NCBI GenBank assembly: GCA_965248925.1
Contig: CBDFLE010000005.1
Location: 480,001-544,000 of the forward strand
Direction of reading: 5' to 3'
From: Candidatus Multivoradales bacterium
GTDB lineage: Bacteria > Acidobacteriota > Thermoanaerobaculia > Multivoradales > J023
DNA: 64,000 bases
The position numbers and the translations under genes were made by a program. The notes under the pieces were generated by a model. That model did not search any database. It had not been told where the DNA came from and saw only the letters and a program-made list of their open reading frames with translations. Of the stretch, positions 36,834 to 48,983 are shown piece by piece. Numbering within the stretch: the stretch's first letter is position 1; the number at the start of each line of letters is the position of its first letter.

Positions 36834-37724
36834 CTAGTCGGAGTTAGGCTGCCAGGGCTGGCGCAGCAAGGCCACTCGGTAGTCGTCGATGCGTTCGAAA
36901 CCCAGCGCGGCGTAGGCCCGGCGAGCGGGCTGGTTGCTGTCTTCGGTGAACAGCACCGCTCGCGGTGTGCCACGGGCTTGGCTGGCGCGTAGCGAGGCGG
37001 CGACAGCTGCCCGGCCATAGCCGCGACCGCGCAGGCCCGGTGGGGTGTAGACGCCGCCAACTTGGACGATCTCTGGCAAGACGGCGTTGAAGGAACTGGA
37101 AGCGACGGCCTGGCCAGCATTTTCCAGCACCCAGGTCTGCCCAGAGTCGAGGGAGCGCTGCATGTCCTGGCGGCATTTGTTGTGCAAATCCGGACCATCG
37201 TCCAGGCCCAGTGCTTCCACACAGTAGGCCAACCGCCAAGCCGTTTCGCGGGTCAGATCGTCGCCGGTCATCACTCTGCCGGTGAGCACTCCGGCGGCGA
37301 GCAGCTGGGGAACGCGGAGCTGGGCGAGGTCAAGTGCGTAGAGACCTTCCGGGCCATCTAGTGCCAGGTCATCCGGGTGGATGCCGAGCAGGCGCATGGC
37401 ATCCACCACCTGGTGGTCGGGGCCGATGATTCCAGCCACTGGCCTGAGTCCCAGGTTGCTGAGGAAAGTGAGCAGCGCCGCCAGTCCGCGCGGAGCTTGC
37501 AGGAGGATATTGCCGTTCCAACACAGCGCTGCCACACCGACTAGTCGCTGCTGCTCAACCGCCGCCAAGTAAGTTGCTTGCAAGGGTTGACCGCGATCCA
37601 CCAAGCCGGCCCGGCGAGAGTTGTTGAGCAGGAACATCGAGGACTCGATCCGCGGACCGAGGAAGTCTTCCAGCAGTGGCTGTTGGTGCTGATCCAGAAG
37701 CCTGATTTGCGGTTCTTGAGGCAT
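36834..37724 (-). CDS. GNAT family acetyltransferase
   Basis: QVGGVYTPPGLRGRGYG acetyl-CoA motif and N.PARRAYAALGF. SD GAGGA before ATG 37724. Confidence 0.88.
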   Translation of the reverse strand: MPQEPQIRLLDQHQQPLLEDFLGPRIESSMFLLNNSRRAGLVDRGQPLQATYLAAVEQQRLVGVAALCWNGNILLQAPRGLAALLTFLSNLGLRPVAGIIGPDHQVVDAMRLLGIHPDDLALDGPEGLYALDLAQLRVPQLLAAGVLTGRVMTGDDLTRETAWRLAYCVEALGLDDGPDLHNKCRQDMQRSLDSGQTWVLENAGQAVASSSFNAVLPEIVQVGGVYTPPGLRGRGYGRAAVAASLRASQARGTPRAVLFTEDSNQPARRAYAALGFERIDDYRVALLRQPWQPNSD

Positions 37725-37880
37725 CTGATCCTCGCTTGTCTTAGCCGGGTGAACTGGGCGTAGGCGGGGGGCGATGACCACCCTCTGCTCGCTTTCGACT
37801 TACGCCCGCTTTGCGGTAGGGTCGGCGGGCAGTGATCATACTATCGGCGCCGTCGTCGGTCGCCCATCCAAGGAGAGTGA

Positions 37881-39869
<1,989 letters not shown>

Positions 39870-39901
39870 GCAGACTCGGTCCACGCTAGCATGCCGTCGC
39901 C

Positions 39902-41737
39902 ATGGCCCACCCCCAGGTTCAACAACGCATCCGCCAGCTGCCCGAGAAGCCGGGAATCTACATTTTTCGCGATGGCGATGGCCAGCCGCTCTATGTCGGC
40001 AAGGCGAAATCGCTGCGCAAGCGCGGTGGCAACTATTTGCGCGAGAGCCAGGAACCGCGCCTGGCCGCCATGCTGGAGGATGCGCGGGAACTCGACTTCG
40101 TGCTCACCGGCACCGAAGCCGAGGCCCTGGGAGTCGAGAATGCGTGGATCAAGCAGCACCAACCGCGCTTCAATATTCGTTTGCGGGACGATAAGACCTA
40201 TCCCTACCTCAAACTCACTCTGCGGCAGAAGACGCCGCGGATCGCCTTCACCCGGCGTATTCTCGACGATGGGGCTGAGTATTTTGGCCCTTATCTGCCG
40301 GCGGGTTTGGCGCGCAAGGCGATCAAGCTGGTGCAGAAATTGTTTCAGGTGCGCATTTGCCGCATTCCGATCGATGGCCAGTTGCCGCGCCCTTGTCTCT
40401 TCTGGGATATGCGGCGTTGTCTCGGTCCCTGCGTCGATGGCTTGACCAGCCACTCGGCCTATGCCGCCGCGGTCGAACAAGCACGGCTCTTCCTCGCTGG
40501 CCGCAATGACCAGCTGCTGCGCCAGCTCAAGCAGCAGATGCAAGTCGCCGCCGAGCAGCTCGAGTTCGAAGAGGCAGCCCGGCTGCGCGACTTGATCGCC
40601 GAAATCAACGAAATCGGCCAGCGTCGGCGGCTGTCCTCGCTCCGTGGCGAGGATGTCGACGTCTTTGGCGCCCACGTTGCGGCCGGCAATGTCTCGCTGA
40701 CCATTCTGGTGATGCGCGGTGGCCATTTGCTCGATCGCCGAGAGTTGTTTTGGGAAGGGCAAGGTGAGATCGAGGTCTCGCGTCTTCTTTCTGAGGTCTT
40801 GCCGCAGATTTACGATCGCACGACTTTCGTCCCCAAGGAGGTGCATCTGCCGGCGCCGGTGGATGATGATGAGCTGCTCGCCGAATGGCTCAGTGAGCGT
40901 AAGGGAGAGCGAGTCTATCTGCGAGTTCCATCACGGGGGACCAAGGCCGATCGGGTGCGGCTGGCGGTACGCAATGCCGAATTGGCCTGGAAGCGGCGCT
41001 TCCGCACCGAGAGCCGCGGCGCGGTGGCAGCCCGGGCGTTGCGCCAACACCTCGACCTCAGCGAGCCGCCGCAGCGCATCGAAGGCTTCGACATCTCCCA
41101 TTTCCAGGGTTCGCAGACGGTGGCATCGTTGGTGGTTTGGGAGGCTGGCAAGATGCTCAAGAGCGACTATCGGAGCTTCAACATCCGTGACCTCGACCGG
41201 CCAGACGACTTCGCCGCGATGCGCCAAGCGGTGCTGCGGCGCTATCGGCGACGCTTGGAGGAAGTCGGCGCGATGCCTGATCTGGTGTTGGTCGATGGGG
41301 GTCGAGGACAACTCAACGCCGCCCTCGACGCTCTGGCCGAACTTGGCGTCGAGGAAACGCCGATCGTCGGTTTGGCGAAACGTCAGGAGGAGATCTACCT
41401 TCCCCAACGTCCTGAGCCTTTGCGTTTGCCGCGCAGTGATTCCGGTTTGCAGCTGCTGCAAGAGATCCGCGATGAGTCGCATCGCTTCGCGGTGGCCAAA
41501 CACCGTAGCCGGCGCCGCCGCAGCAGCATGAGTAGCAGCCTCGATCAGCTGCCCGGAGTGGGTCCTAAGCGGCGGCGAGCGCTGCTGCGCCGCTTCGGCA
41601 GCATCCAGGGGGTGCGCGAGGCTGCTGCAGATCAGCTGATTGAGGTGTTGGGGCAGAAACTCGGGCAGGCGGTTCATTGGCAGCTGCATCGAGCTGTCGA
41701 GGATGCTGTGAAATCCAATCCGGGTAGCAATGTCTAG
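39902..41737 (+). CDS. uvrC: Excinuclease ABC subunit C
   Basis: GIY-YIG (PGIY...YVGKAK), DDKTYPY, RIEGFDISH, DGGRGQL, RDESHRFA, HhH GVGPKRR. Confidence 0.97.
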   Translation: MAHPQVQQRIRQLPEKPGIYIFRDGDGQPLYVGKAKSLRKRGGNYLRESQEPRLAAMLEDARELDFVLTGTEAEALGVENAWIKQHQPRFNIRLRDDKTYPYLKLTLRQKTPRIAFTRRILDDGAEYFGPYLPAGLARKAIKLVQKLFQVRICRIPIDGQLPRPCLFWDMRRCLGPCVDGLTSHSAYAAAVEQARLFLAGRNDQLLRQLKQQMQVAAEQLEFEEAARLRDLIAEINEIGQRRRLSSLRGEDVDVFGAHVAAGNVSLTILVMRGGHLLDRRELFWEGQGEIEVSRLLSEVLPQIYDRTTFVPKEVHLPAPVDDDELLAEWLSERKGERVYLRVPSRGTKADRVRLAVRNAELAWKRRFRTESRGAVAARALRQHLDLSEPPQRIEGFDISHFQGSQTVASLVVWEAGKMLKSDYRSFNIRDLDRPDDFAAMRQAVLRRYRRRLEEVGAMPDLVLVDGGRGQLNAALDALAELGVEETPIVGLAKRQEEIYLPQRPEPLRLPRSDSGLQLLQEIRDESHRFAVAKHRSRRRRSSMSSSLDQLPGVGPKRRRALLRRFGSIQGVREAAADQLIEVLGQKLGQAVHWQLHRAVEDAVKSNPGSNV

Positions 41738-41937
41738 ATCAAGCTTTTTGCGATATCCTTGAACGGACTTCGCGGCCTGTTGATGGCGACCCCGCCCTTC
41801 TGTGGGTCGCATCCGCCACAGAGGAATACTAGCTTGATGATTGCATCTTTCCGAGTCCACAAGCCCCAATCGCCTGAGGGTTGCTGGGGAGCGCCAGTAG
41901 GGGTGCGGATTCGAGCGGGCGGGGAGGGTGTCTGAGG

Positions 41938-43395
41938 GTGGCGAAGAAGCTCCTGCTCGAAGTCGTTCGCACGGTCTACATGAGACGCCTGTCCGGGGTC
42001 GTGGAAGTGCAGGTCGGTGCCCAGCCGACACGCCTTCGCTTTCGCCAGGGTGAGATGTTCGTCGCCCGTGACCATCCGAGTGCCGAGGCCCTAGGGCAGA
42101 TCGTGAGCGAACGAGCGGCCGGTCAACAGCAGCGTCACAGCGAGCCGCTACTCTTGCAGATGAGCGAAGAAATCGGCCGTGGCTATGCCGCGTGGGTAAG
42201 CCAGCCGGCGCGCTTCCTGCTCGGCGCGGAGGGGGATTGCGTCGGCCCGCTATCGACCGCCCGGGTGGTGATGAAGATGGCGGTGCATGGTTGCGATAAC
42301 GGGCGGCTGATGGCCCGCTTGGGTGGGCCGGGCGTGCGCTTGCGCAGCGAACCTCACTCGCCGGCCATGCGCCATCTGCGGCGTCTCGATCCGACCATGG
42401 CGCGCCTGCTCGAGTGGTTGGCCAAGCCGCAGCCGGTGAGCGACTTGCTCGGCGGCCAGGAGGATACTTCCGATCGCTTGCGGGCGCTGGTTCAGCTGTG
42501 GTCGGTCGGCCTGGTTATCGAGAGCCAAGAGAGTGAAGCGCGCTCGCCGACGATCGCCCCTGGGGGGCTGGTGCTGACCGAGAAGCTGCTGCGCCGATTC
42601 TCGGATCGGATCGCCGAAGATCTCAGTGCCGATCCTCTAGATGTGGCACGTACAGAGCATCGGCAGCAGTTGGCCAATCTACTGGGCAACCTGGGCGAAT
42701 TGAGCCACTACGATCTTCTTAAGGTGGCGATTAAGGCGGAGACGCCCGAGATCCATGCGGCCTATAATGAGTTGGGCCGTCTGGTCCATCCCAGCCATGC
42801 TGCGGCCTTGGGTTTGGCCGGTCGCGAGGCAGCGCTGCAGGTGCTCTTCGAGCGCGCGACAGAAGCCTATTTGACGCTTTCGGATCCCCGCCGTCGCAGT
42901 AGCTACAACCTGCTCACCGACATGCCCGTCCAGGTCAAAGTCGACCGGCAGAAGCGCGATGAGGAGCGCCAGCAGTTGGCCGTGGAGCACTACCGCAGAG
43001 CCACCCAATTCCTCTCTGCGATGGACTACTCGATCGCTGTGGATCTGCTCAAGGAGGCCGTTCGCCTTGATCCTCAGGCCCGCTATTTCGCCCTGCTGGG
43101 TCAGGCTCAGGCAAAGAACCCACGCTGGTTCCGCCACGCCTTGGGGAACTATAAGCAGGCCGCCGAACTCGATCCGGACGACGCAGGCATTCGGGCCGCT
43201 TTCGGCGAGCTGCTAGAGCGCATGGAGCGCTTCAGCGAAGCCCGCACTCAATACCAGAGCGCCCTCAGATTGATGCCCGACCATGTCGGTGCCGAGGAAG
43301 GGTTGGGCCGCCTGGGCGGTGTTCGTCTTGCCAAGGCTGGGAGCAAGGTACGGGGGGGGTTGCGCGGCCTCTTCGGCCGCAGCGGCGAAGACTAG
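41938..43395 (+). CDS. J-domain-like + TPR protein
   Basis: HYDLLKV...IHAAY..L..LVHPS...EAYLTLSDP.RR.SY J-like domain, followed by TPR-like helices. The start is uncertain (41881 or 41938). Confidence 0.8.
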   Translation: MAKKLLLEVVRTVYMRRLSGVVEVQVGAQPTRLRFRQGEMFVARDHPSAEALGQIVSERAAGQQQRHSEPLLLQMSEEIGRGYAAWVSQPARFLLGAEGDCVGPLSTARVVMKMAVHGCDNGRLMARLGGPGVRLRSEPHSPAMRHLRRLDPTMARLLEWLAKPQPVSDLLGGQEDTSDRLRALVQLWSVGLVIESQESEARSPTIAPGGLVLTEKLLRRFSDRIAEDLSADPLDVARTEHRQQLANLLGNLGELSHYDLLKVAIKAETPEIHAAYNELGRLVHPSHAAALGLAGREAALQVLFERATEAYLTLSDPRRRSSYNLLTDMPVQVKVDRQKRDEERQQLAVEHYRRATQFLSAMDYSIAVDLLKEAVRLDPQARYFALLGQAQAKNPRWFRHALGNYKQAAELDPDDAGIRAAFGELLERMERFSEARTQYQSALRLMPDHVGAEEGLGRLGGVRLAKAGSKVRGGLRGLFGRSGED

Positions 43396-43427
43396 AGACA
43401 GCCCGTAGATTTGATACTATCGGTTTC

Positions 43428-43830
<403 letters not shown>

Positions 43831-43845
43831 ATTCTTCAGCAATAC

Positions 43846-44838
43846 TTGACCGCCAATTTGCCAATGTTGTCTGAATCCCCCGCACTTGTTGCTACCCGGC
43901 TTCCGCCAGCGGTGCGCGAGGGAGCGAAAATTGGCATTGCGGCTCTCTCCGGCATCGTCGATCCGGGGCTCTTGCGAGCTGGTATTCGAGCTCTGTGGGA
44001 GATGGGTTTTGAGCCGATCGAAGCGGAAAATCTACGTAGTCGGTCGGCGGGTATGTTTGCCGGCACCGAGGCCCAGCGCCTCGGTGCTTTTCACCGTTTG
44101 GCCGCCGATCCAGAGATCGCGGCGATCATTTTTGCCCGGGGTGGTCATGGTGTTCTGGCACTAATGCCAGCGATTGACTGGTCGCTGCTGGCCCGCACGC
44201 CTCGCTCCTATGTCGGCTATTCCGACTTGACGCCGCTGCTGGACCAGGTGGTCAGGCGGCTCGGCTTGGTGGCCTTGCATGGCCCGATGGTGGCGGCAGA
44301 CGTTGCCCGCGGTTTGCAGGCCGCTGAACAGCAGAGCTTCGTAGCGGCGTTGGCGGGGCATTTCCCCGCGGCTTGGGAACTTGGCGGTGGATTCGGCAAC
44401 CAGCCCGTCGAGGGGCGGTTGGTGGGTGGTTGTTTGAGCCTGCTGGCGGCTACCCAGGGCACTCCCTGGGCATTCGCAGCGGGGGGGGCGGTGCTTTTCT
44501 TGGAAGAGGTGGGCGAGCCGCTGTATCGTCTTGACAGAATGTTGACCCACCTGCGCCTCTCAGGTACTCTGGGTGCTATCCGTGGGATCGTCTTCGGCCA
44601 TCTGACGGCTGTGGCAAAGGCGGGCCAGATGTCGCCGTCGGCCGCCTCGCCAGTGGGTGCCGCGCCCCCTGGGATTCCACTGGCCTGGATAGCGGAACTC
44701 AGCGACAAGTTGGCGATCCCAGTCGCCTGGGGGCTTGATGCCGGACATGCGGCGCCGAATCTGACGCTACCTTTGGGGCTCACCGTGCGGCTCGATGCAG
44801 CCGGGCGCCGGCTGGCGGTAGTCACCGAAGCTATTTGA
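43846..44838 (+). CDS. LD-carboxypeptidase (peptidase S66)
   Basis: ARGGHG, VGYSDLT (Ser), HGPM, LFLEEVGE (Glu), AGH (His). Confidence 0.92.
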   Translation: MTANLPMLSESPALVATRLPPAVREGAKIGIAALSGIVDPGLLRAGIRALWEMGFEPIEAENLRSRSAGMFAGTEAQRLGAFHRLAADPEIAAIIFARGGHGVLALMPAIDWSLLARTPRSYVGYSDLTPLLDQVVRRLGLVALHGPMVAADVARGLQAAEQQSFVAALAGHFPAAWELGGGFGNQPVEGRLVGGCLSLLAATQGTPWAFAAGGAVLFLEEVGEPLYRLDRMLTHLRLSGTLGAIRGIVFGHLTAVAKAGQMSPSAASPVGAAPPGIPLAWIAELSDKLAIPVAWGLDAGHAAPNLTLPLGLTVRLDAAGRRLAVVTEAI

Positions 44839-44891
44839 AGCAAGAGCCTATTCGCTGGGACGACGGGCCGAATCAAGGGATCCAACGCAAG

Positions 44892-45677
44892 ATGGTCAAG
44901 CCGGTCTTCAAAGCACGAGGCACCAAGAACTCGCCGAGTTACTCGGCTGACTATCAGCCGGGCGAAGAGATTTTCCGCGAGGGCGACCTGGGGACGGACA
45001 TGTTCATCATCCAGGAAGGCAAAGTGGAGATTCTCAAGAGCGTTGGCGATGAAGACAAGGCCTTGGCGCTGCTGGAGAAGGGTGATTTCTTCGGCGAGAT
45101 GTCGATTCTCGAAGATTTGCCGCGGGCTGCCACCGCCGTAGCGCGCGTGCCGGTCAAGCTGCTGCAGATCAACGGCACCACTTTTGACCAAATGCTGCGC
45201 AAGAATCCGGAGATCGCGGTGCGCATGATGCGCAAGCTATCGCGCCGCCTGCGCGAGACCGATCTGCTGCTGCGCGCTGAACTGGGCGATGAGGAAGGTG
45301 GTCAGGCACCTGAGATTCCGACTCCGGAAGAGCCGGCCACTAGCTTTGGCCCGGAGAAGATGATTCACGACCCCTCGGGGATGGAGTTCTTCCTTGCCGA
45401 AGGCGACGAAACCACTGTCGGCAGACGCGATCCGGTGACCGGTATCCACCCCGGAATCGACTTGACGCCGGTCGATTCCCAGCGCTCGATCAGCCGTCGT
45501 CATTCGAAGATTTTCCGCCGTGGCGATCGCTATTTCGTACGCGAAGAAATCGGCACCATGAACGGCACTTTCGTCAACGGTGCGCGGGTCGAAACCGGTG
45601 TGCCCAGCGAATTCAAGAATGGTGACGAAGTTCGCTTCGGCCTGGTCAAGACCTTCTTCCATCAAAGCAAGGATTGA
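44892..45677 (+). CDS. cNMP-binding domain + FHA domain protein
   Basis: IFREGD..MFII.EG.V...GDFFGEMSIL..PRAATA, then TVGRRD...SISRRH...NGTFVNG. Alternative start TTG 44835. Confidence 0.9.
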   Translation: MVKPVFKARGTKNSPSYSADYQPGEEIFREGDLGTDMFIIQEGKVEILKSVGDEDKALALLEKGDFFGEMSILEDLPRAATAVARVPVKLLQINGTTFDQMLRKNPEIAVRMMRKLSRRLRETDLLLRAELGDEEGGQAPEIPTPEEPATSFGPEKMIHDPSGMEFFLAEGDETTVGRRDPVTGIHPGIDLTPVDSQRSISRRHSKIFRRGDRYFVREEIGTMNGTFVNGARVETGVPSEFKNGDEVRFGLVKTFFHQSKD

Positions 45678-47770
45678 CCCCGGTTTCCGCTTCCACTCCG
45701 GCCGCTAGCCGCTGCTCGTTAGATAGTCCGCTCAGTAGCTTGTCCGGCATCGGACCTTCCCGCCAGCGGCAACTGGCGGTGGTCGGTCTGCGTACTTTGG
45801 CGGATCTGCTCGAGATTCTGCCCACCGGTTACCGCGATTTTTCTCTCTTTCTACGTCCAAGCTCAGTGGTCGAGGCCGGTGAGCAAGCGGTGCAGGGGCG
45901 GCTGGGCAAAGTACGTGTTATCCGTCGGCGAGGTCGGCGAGGAGCCATGGTACTGGCTGAACTCAGCGATGATCGTTCGACCCTCGCCCTGCTCTGGCCA
46001 GCCCAACCCTGGCAGCAGCGGCGCCTGGAAGGACTGCGCGAAGTCACTTTCTACGGCAAAGTCGAAGACACCGCACGGGGCTGGCGGATGTTGAATCCGC
46101 GGCTGCTGGATCCGTCCGAAGTGGAGCAGGCGGGGCCGCGGCCAACCTATGCCGACCTACCCGGTCTTGGTCGCACCCTGGCTGGCCGTGCTCGACAGGC
46201 CGCCTTGGAGTTGTTGGCGAGCCGCGGGCGAGAAGACTGGCTGCCAGCAAGGCTGCGGCGGCAAGAAAATCTGCCCGAGCTGGCGGCGGCTCTTTTCGCC
46301 CTGCACTGCCCCGACCCCGCGGACGACCTGCTGGCGTTGCAGCAGCAGCGCACGCCAGCCTGGCGGCGCCTGCTGTGGGGCGAACTGGTGGAGCAGCAGC
46401 TGTTTTTCTGTTGGCGCTTGCAGCGACGGCGTCGGGGTGTGAGCGGGGTCGCAGACCTCTCGCTTCCACCGCTGCCCGCCCGTTTGCAGGCCGGGTTGCC
46501 TTTCGAGTTGACCTCTTCCCAGCAGCGGGTCAGTGCCGAGATTGTGGCCGACCTGATCTCTCCCCAGCCGATGCGTCGTCTACTGACCGGCGATGTTGGC
46601 TGTGGTAAGACGGTGGTGCTAGCTCTGGCCATCGAGCAGGTTCTGCGGCGCGGTCAGCAAGCGGCGCTGATGGCGCCGACCGAACTATTGGCCGAGCAGC
46701 ACTACGATAGCTTGCGCGGATTCTTGCCGGCGGACTACAGCATCGGCCTACTCAGTAGTTCGACGGCGGACGCAGCTGCGGTGCGCCAGACGTTGGCCGC
46801 CGGCACCATGGATCTGGTGGTGGGCACCCATGCCTTGGCCCAGCCTGAGCTGCGCTTTGCTCGCTTGGGCCTAGTGGTGATCGATGAACAACATCGCTTT
46901 GGTGTCGGTCAGCGGCGGGATCTGCTTTGCAAGGGCCGAGGTGCCGATCTGTTAATCACCAGTGCCACGCCGATTCCCCGCAGCCTGGCCCTGGCCGCCT
47001 TTGGCGACTTCGATATGTCGCTGATCGACGAGCCGCCGCCGGGGCGCTTGCCGACCCGCACTGAGGTGCTGCCACTGAGCAGCAGAAAATCGGTTTATCG
47101 CCGTCTTCGTGGCCGGCTCGATAAAGGCGAGCAGGCCTTTATTGTGGTGCCGCGGATCGAACCGGGCGCTGCCGGCGTTGTTTCCCTGCGCCAGCGGGTT
47201 TCGACTCTCGGCGTATTGTTGGGCGGTTTACCGTTTGCTGAGTTGAGCGGACGCACGCCAGCGCCCCAACGACGGTTGGTTCTAGAGGCTTTTATCAGTG
47301 GCAAAATCAGAGTTCTGGTGGCAACCACGGTGCTAGAGGTTGGGGTGGACGTTGCCGCCGCCACCGTCATGATCATCGAGGGCGCGGAGCATTTCGGCCT
47401 CGCCCAGCTGCATCAGCTGCGTGGTAGGGTCGGCCGCGGTTCGCAAGCGGCCCTCTGCATCGCTCTGCATGGTCGCACCAGCGCCGCCGGTCAGCGACGG
47501 CTGCGAGCATTCGCTGAGACCGATGATGGCTTTGCTCTGGCGCAAGCAGATCTGCGGCAGCGCGGTCCGGGCGAGTTGTTGGGTCAGCGGCAGACGGGTA
47601 ATGGAGGGCGAGCGGTGGCATGGGCTCTGGCCGATCCGGAATCACTGCTGAGTGCCAGAAAAGCTGGTGTCGGTTTGTGCGCCGAGTTGGCGCACCGACG
47701 ACCGACCGTTCTGCGCCGTCGGCTGGCCGCTCGCTTGCTGGCCGAACGCCGATCTTCAAGAGGAGTTTGA
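45674..47770 (+). CDS. recG: ATP-dependent DNA helicase RecG
   Basis: GDVGCGKT, MAPTELLAEQH, VGTHAL, DEQHRFGV, SATPIPRSL, TTVLEVGVD, QLHQLRGRVGRG, DGF.LA..DL..RGPG. Confidence 0.94.
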   Translation: MTPVSASTPAASRCSLDSPLSSLSGIGPSRQRQLAVVGLRTLADLLEILPTGYRDFSLFLRPSSVVEAGEQAVQGRLGKVRVIRRRGRRGAMVLAELSDDRSTLALLWPAQPWQQRRLEGLREVTFYGKVEDTARGWRMLNPRLLDPSEVEQAGPRPTYADLPGLGRTLAGRARQAALELLASRGREDWLPARLRRQENLPELAAALFALHCPDPADDLLALQQQRTPAWRRLLWGELVEQQLFFCWRLQRRRRGVSGVADLSLPPLPARLQAGLPFELTSSQQRVSAEIVADLISPQPMRRLLTGDVGCGKTVVLALAIEQVLRRGQQAALMAPTELLAEQHYDSLRGFLPADYSIGLLSSSTADAAAVRQTLAAGTMDLVVGTHALAQPELRFARLGLVVIDEQHRFGVGQRRDLLCKGRGADLLITSATPIPRSLALAAFGDFDMSLIDEPPPGRLPTRTEVLPLSSRKSVYRRLRGRLDKGEQAFIVVPRIEPGAAGVVSLRQRVSTLGVLLGGLPFAELSGRTPAPQRRLVLEAFISGKIRVLVATTVLEVGVDVAAATVMIIEGAEHFGLAQLHQLRGRVGRGSQAALCIALHGRTSAAGQRRLRAFAETDDGFALAQADLRQRGPGELLGQRQTGNGGRAVAWALADPESLLSARKAGVGLCAELAHRRPTVLRRRLAARLLAERRSSRGV

Positions 47771-47777
47771 ACGACCG

Positions 47778-48920
47778 ATGCGGGTGTTGTTGGTGGCCAA
47801 CACGCTGCCTCCCAAAGACATTTCCGGCGCTGGCGAGCAAGTGTTGCAGCTGGCGGTTGGGCTGCGCCAAGTAGGGCACGAAGTTGAAGTGCTGGGCCGA
47901 GGGCCGGGTGGTGCGCCTGGACCCAAGGTCTTGTTTCCCCTGACGATTCTGGCGGCTGCTTGGCGCTGCTTGCGCCGCTTTCGCCCCCATGTAGTGCAGG
48001 TCAACGAGTCCGACGCCGGCCTGGTGGCTTTGTTGGTGCGCGTTGCGCGCCCTTGGCTCAAGCCGCGACCGCGCCTGCTGGCTCTGTTGCAAGTCAGCTA
48101 TGTCGAGGAGATTCGCGCCGTGCGTCCGCTACGCCACGGTGGTCGGGTTCTCGGCCGACCGAGTGCCGTCGAGCGACGCTTCCGCCTGGGTAAAGGGCCG
48201 TTGCAAGTGATTCTGGGCTGCTTGACTGCTTGGCTGGCGGATCTCAACATGGCACCGAGCCGGCGTACCGCCGACGAAGTGGAAAAGGACTACCGGGTTC
48301 GGGGAGTGCGGGTGTTGCCCAATGTCACCGGCGGCCTGGCGGTGCCGCCAGCAACCGCCGCAGAGCATCCGCCGGGCTACCTGCTCTATGTCGGCCGTTT
48401 GCGGATTCGCAAAGGGGTTGAAGTGTTGCTCGAGGCCCTGCCAGCGGTGCGCCAGGCGGTTCCCGGCGTGCGCTTGTTGATCGCTGGTACTGGCGAACAG
48501 CTGCCGGCACTGCAGCGCAAGGTGCGCCAGCTTGGGCTCGGCCAGCAAGTCGAGTTTCTTGGCCGGCGGGATGCAGCGGGAGTGCGGGGTCTGCTCCGCG
48601 GAGCCCGCTGCCTAGTGGTTCCCTCGACATACGAGGGTATGCCGCTGGTGATTTTGGAAGCGATGTCAGAAGCCGTGCCGGTGGTCGCCAGCGCGGTCAG
48701 CGGCATCCCTGAAGTGGTGGTCGATGGTGTCACCGGCTGGGTGCTACCGGCTGAAGATCCGCCACGGCTGGCCGATGCTCTGATTCAGGCGCTGAGCGAT
48801 AGGGCCGCGGCCAAACGCCGTGGCCAAGCGGGACGGCAACGCCTCCAAGGCGAGTACACCCCGGCGCGGGCCGCCGAGATCTGGCAGCGAGCGCTGGCGT
48901 CGCTAGACGAATCTGACTGA
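47778..48920 (+). CDS. Glycosyltransferase family 4
   Basis: YVGRL..RKG, EGMPLVILEAM (EX7E), SGIPEVV.DG.TG. Confidence 0.9.
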   Translation: MRVLLVANTLPPKDISGAGEQVLQLAVGLRQVGHEVEVLGRGPGGAPGPKVLFPLTILAAAWRCLRRFRPHVVQVNESDAGLVALLVRVARPWLKPRPRLLALLQVSYVEEIRAVRPLRHGGRVLGRPSAVERRFRLGKGPLQVILGCLTAWLADLNMAPSRRTADEVEKDYRVRGVRVLPNVTGGLAVPPATAAEHPPGYLLYVGRLRIRKGVEVLLEALPAVRQAVPGVRLLIAGTGEQLPALQRKVRQLGLGQQVEFLGRRDAAGVRGLLRGARCLVVPSTYEGMPLVILEAMSEAVPVVASAVSGIPEVVVDGVTGWVLPAEDPPRLADALIQALSDRAAAKRRGQAGRQRLQGEYTPARAAEIWQRALASLDESD

Positions 48921-48983
48921 GGAAGCTGCTATACTGCGCCGCTCTCCGACTGCTCCCGAGATCGGTCAGGAAAAGCCGACGAA

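Noticed and set aside
36749-37222. 158-aa N-terminal extension of PBP1A in the ORF track
   Set aside because: It overlaps the GNAT gene, and TATAAT directly before ATG 36748 gives a better start.
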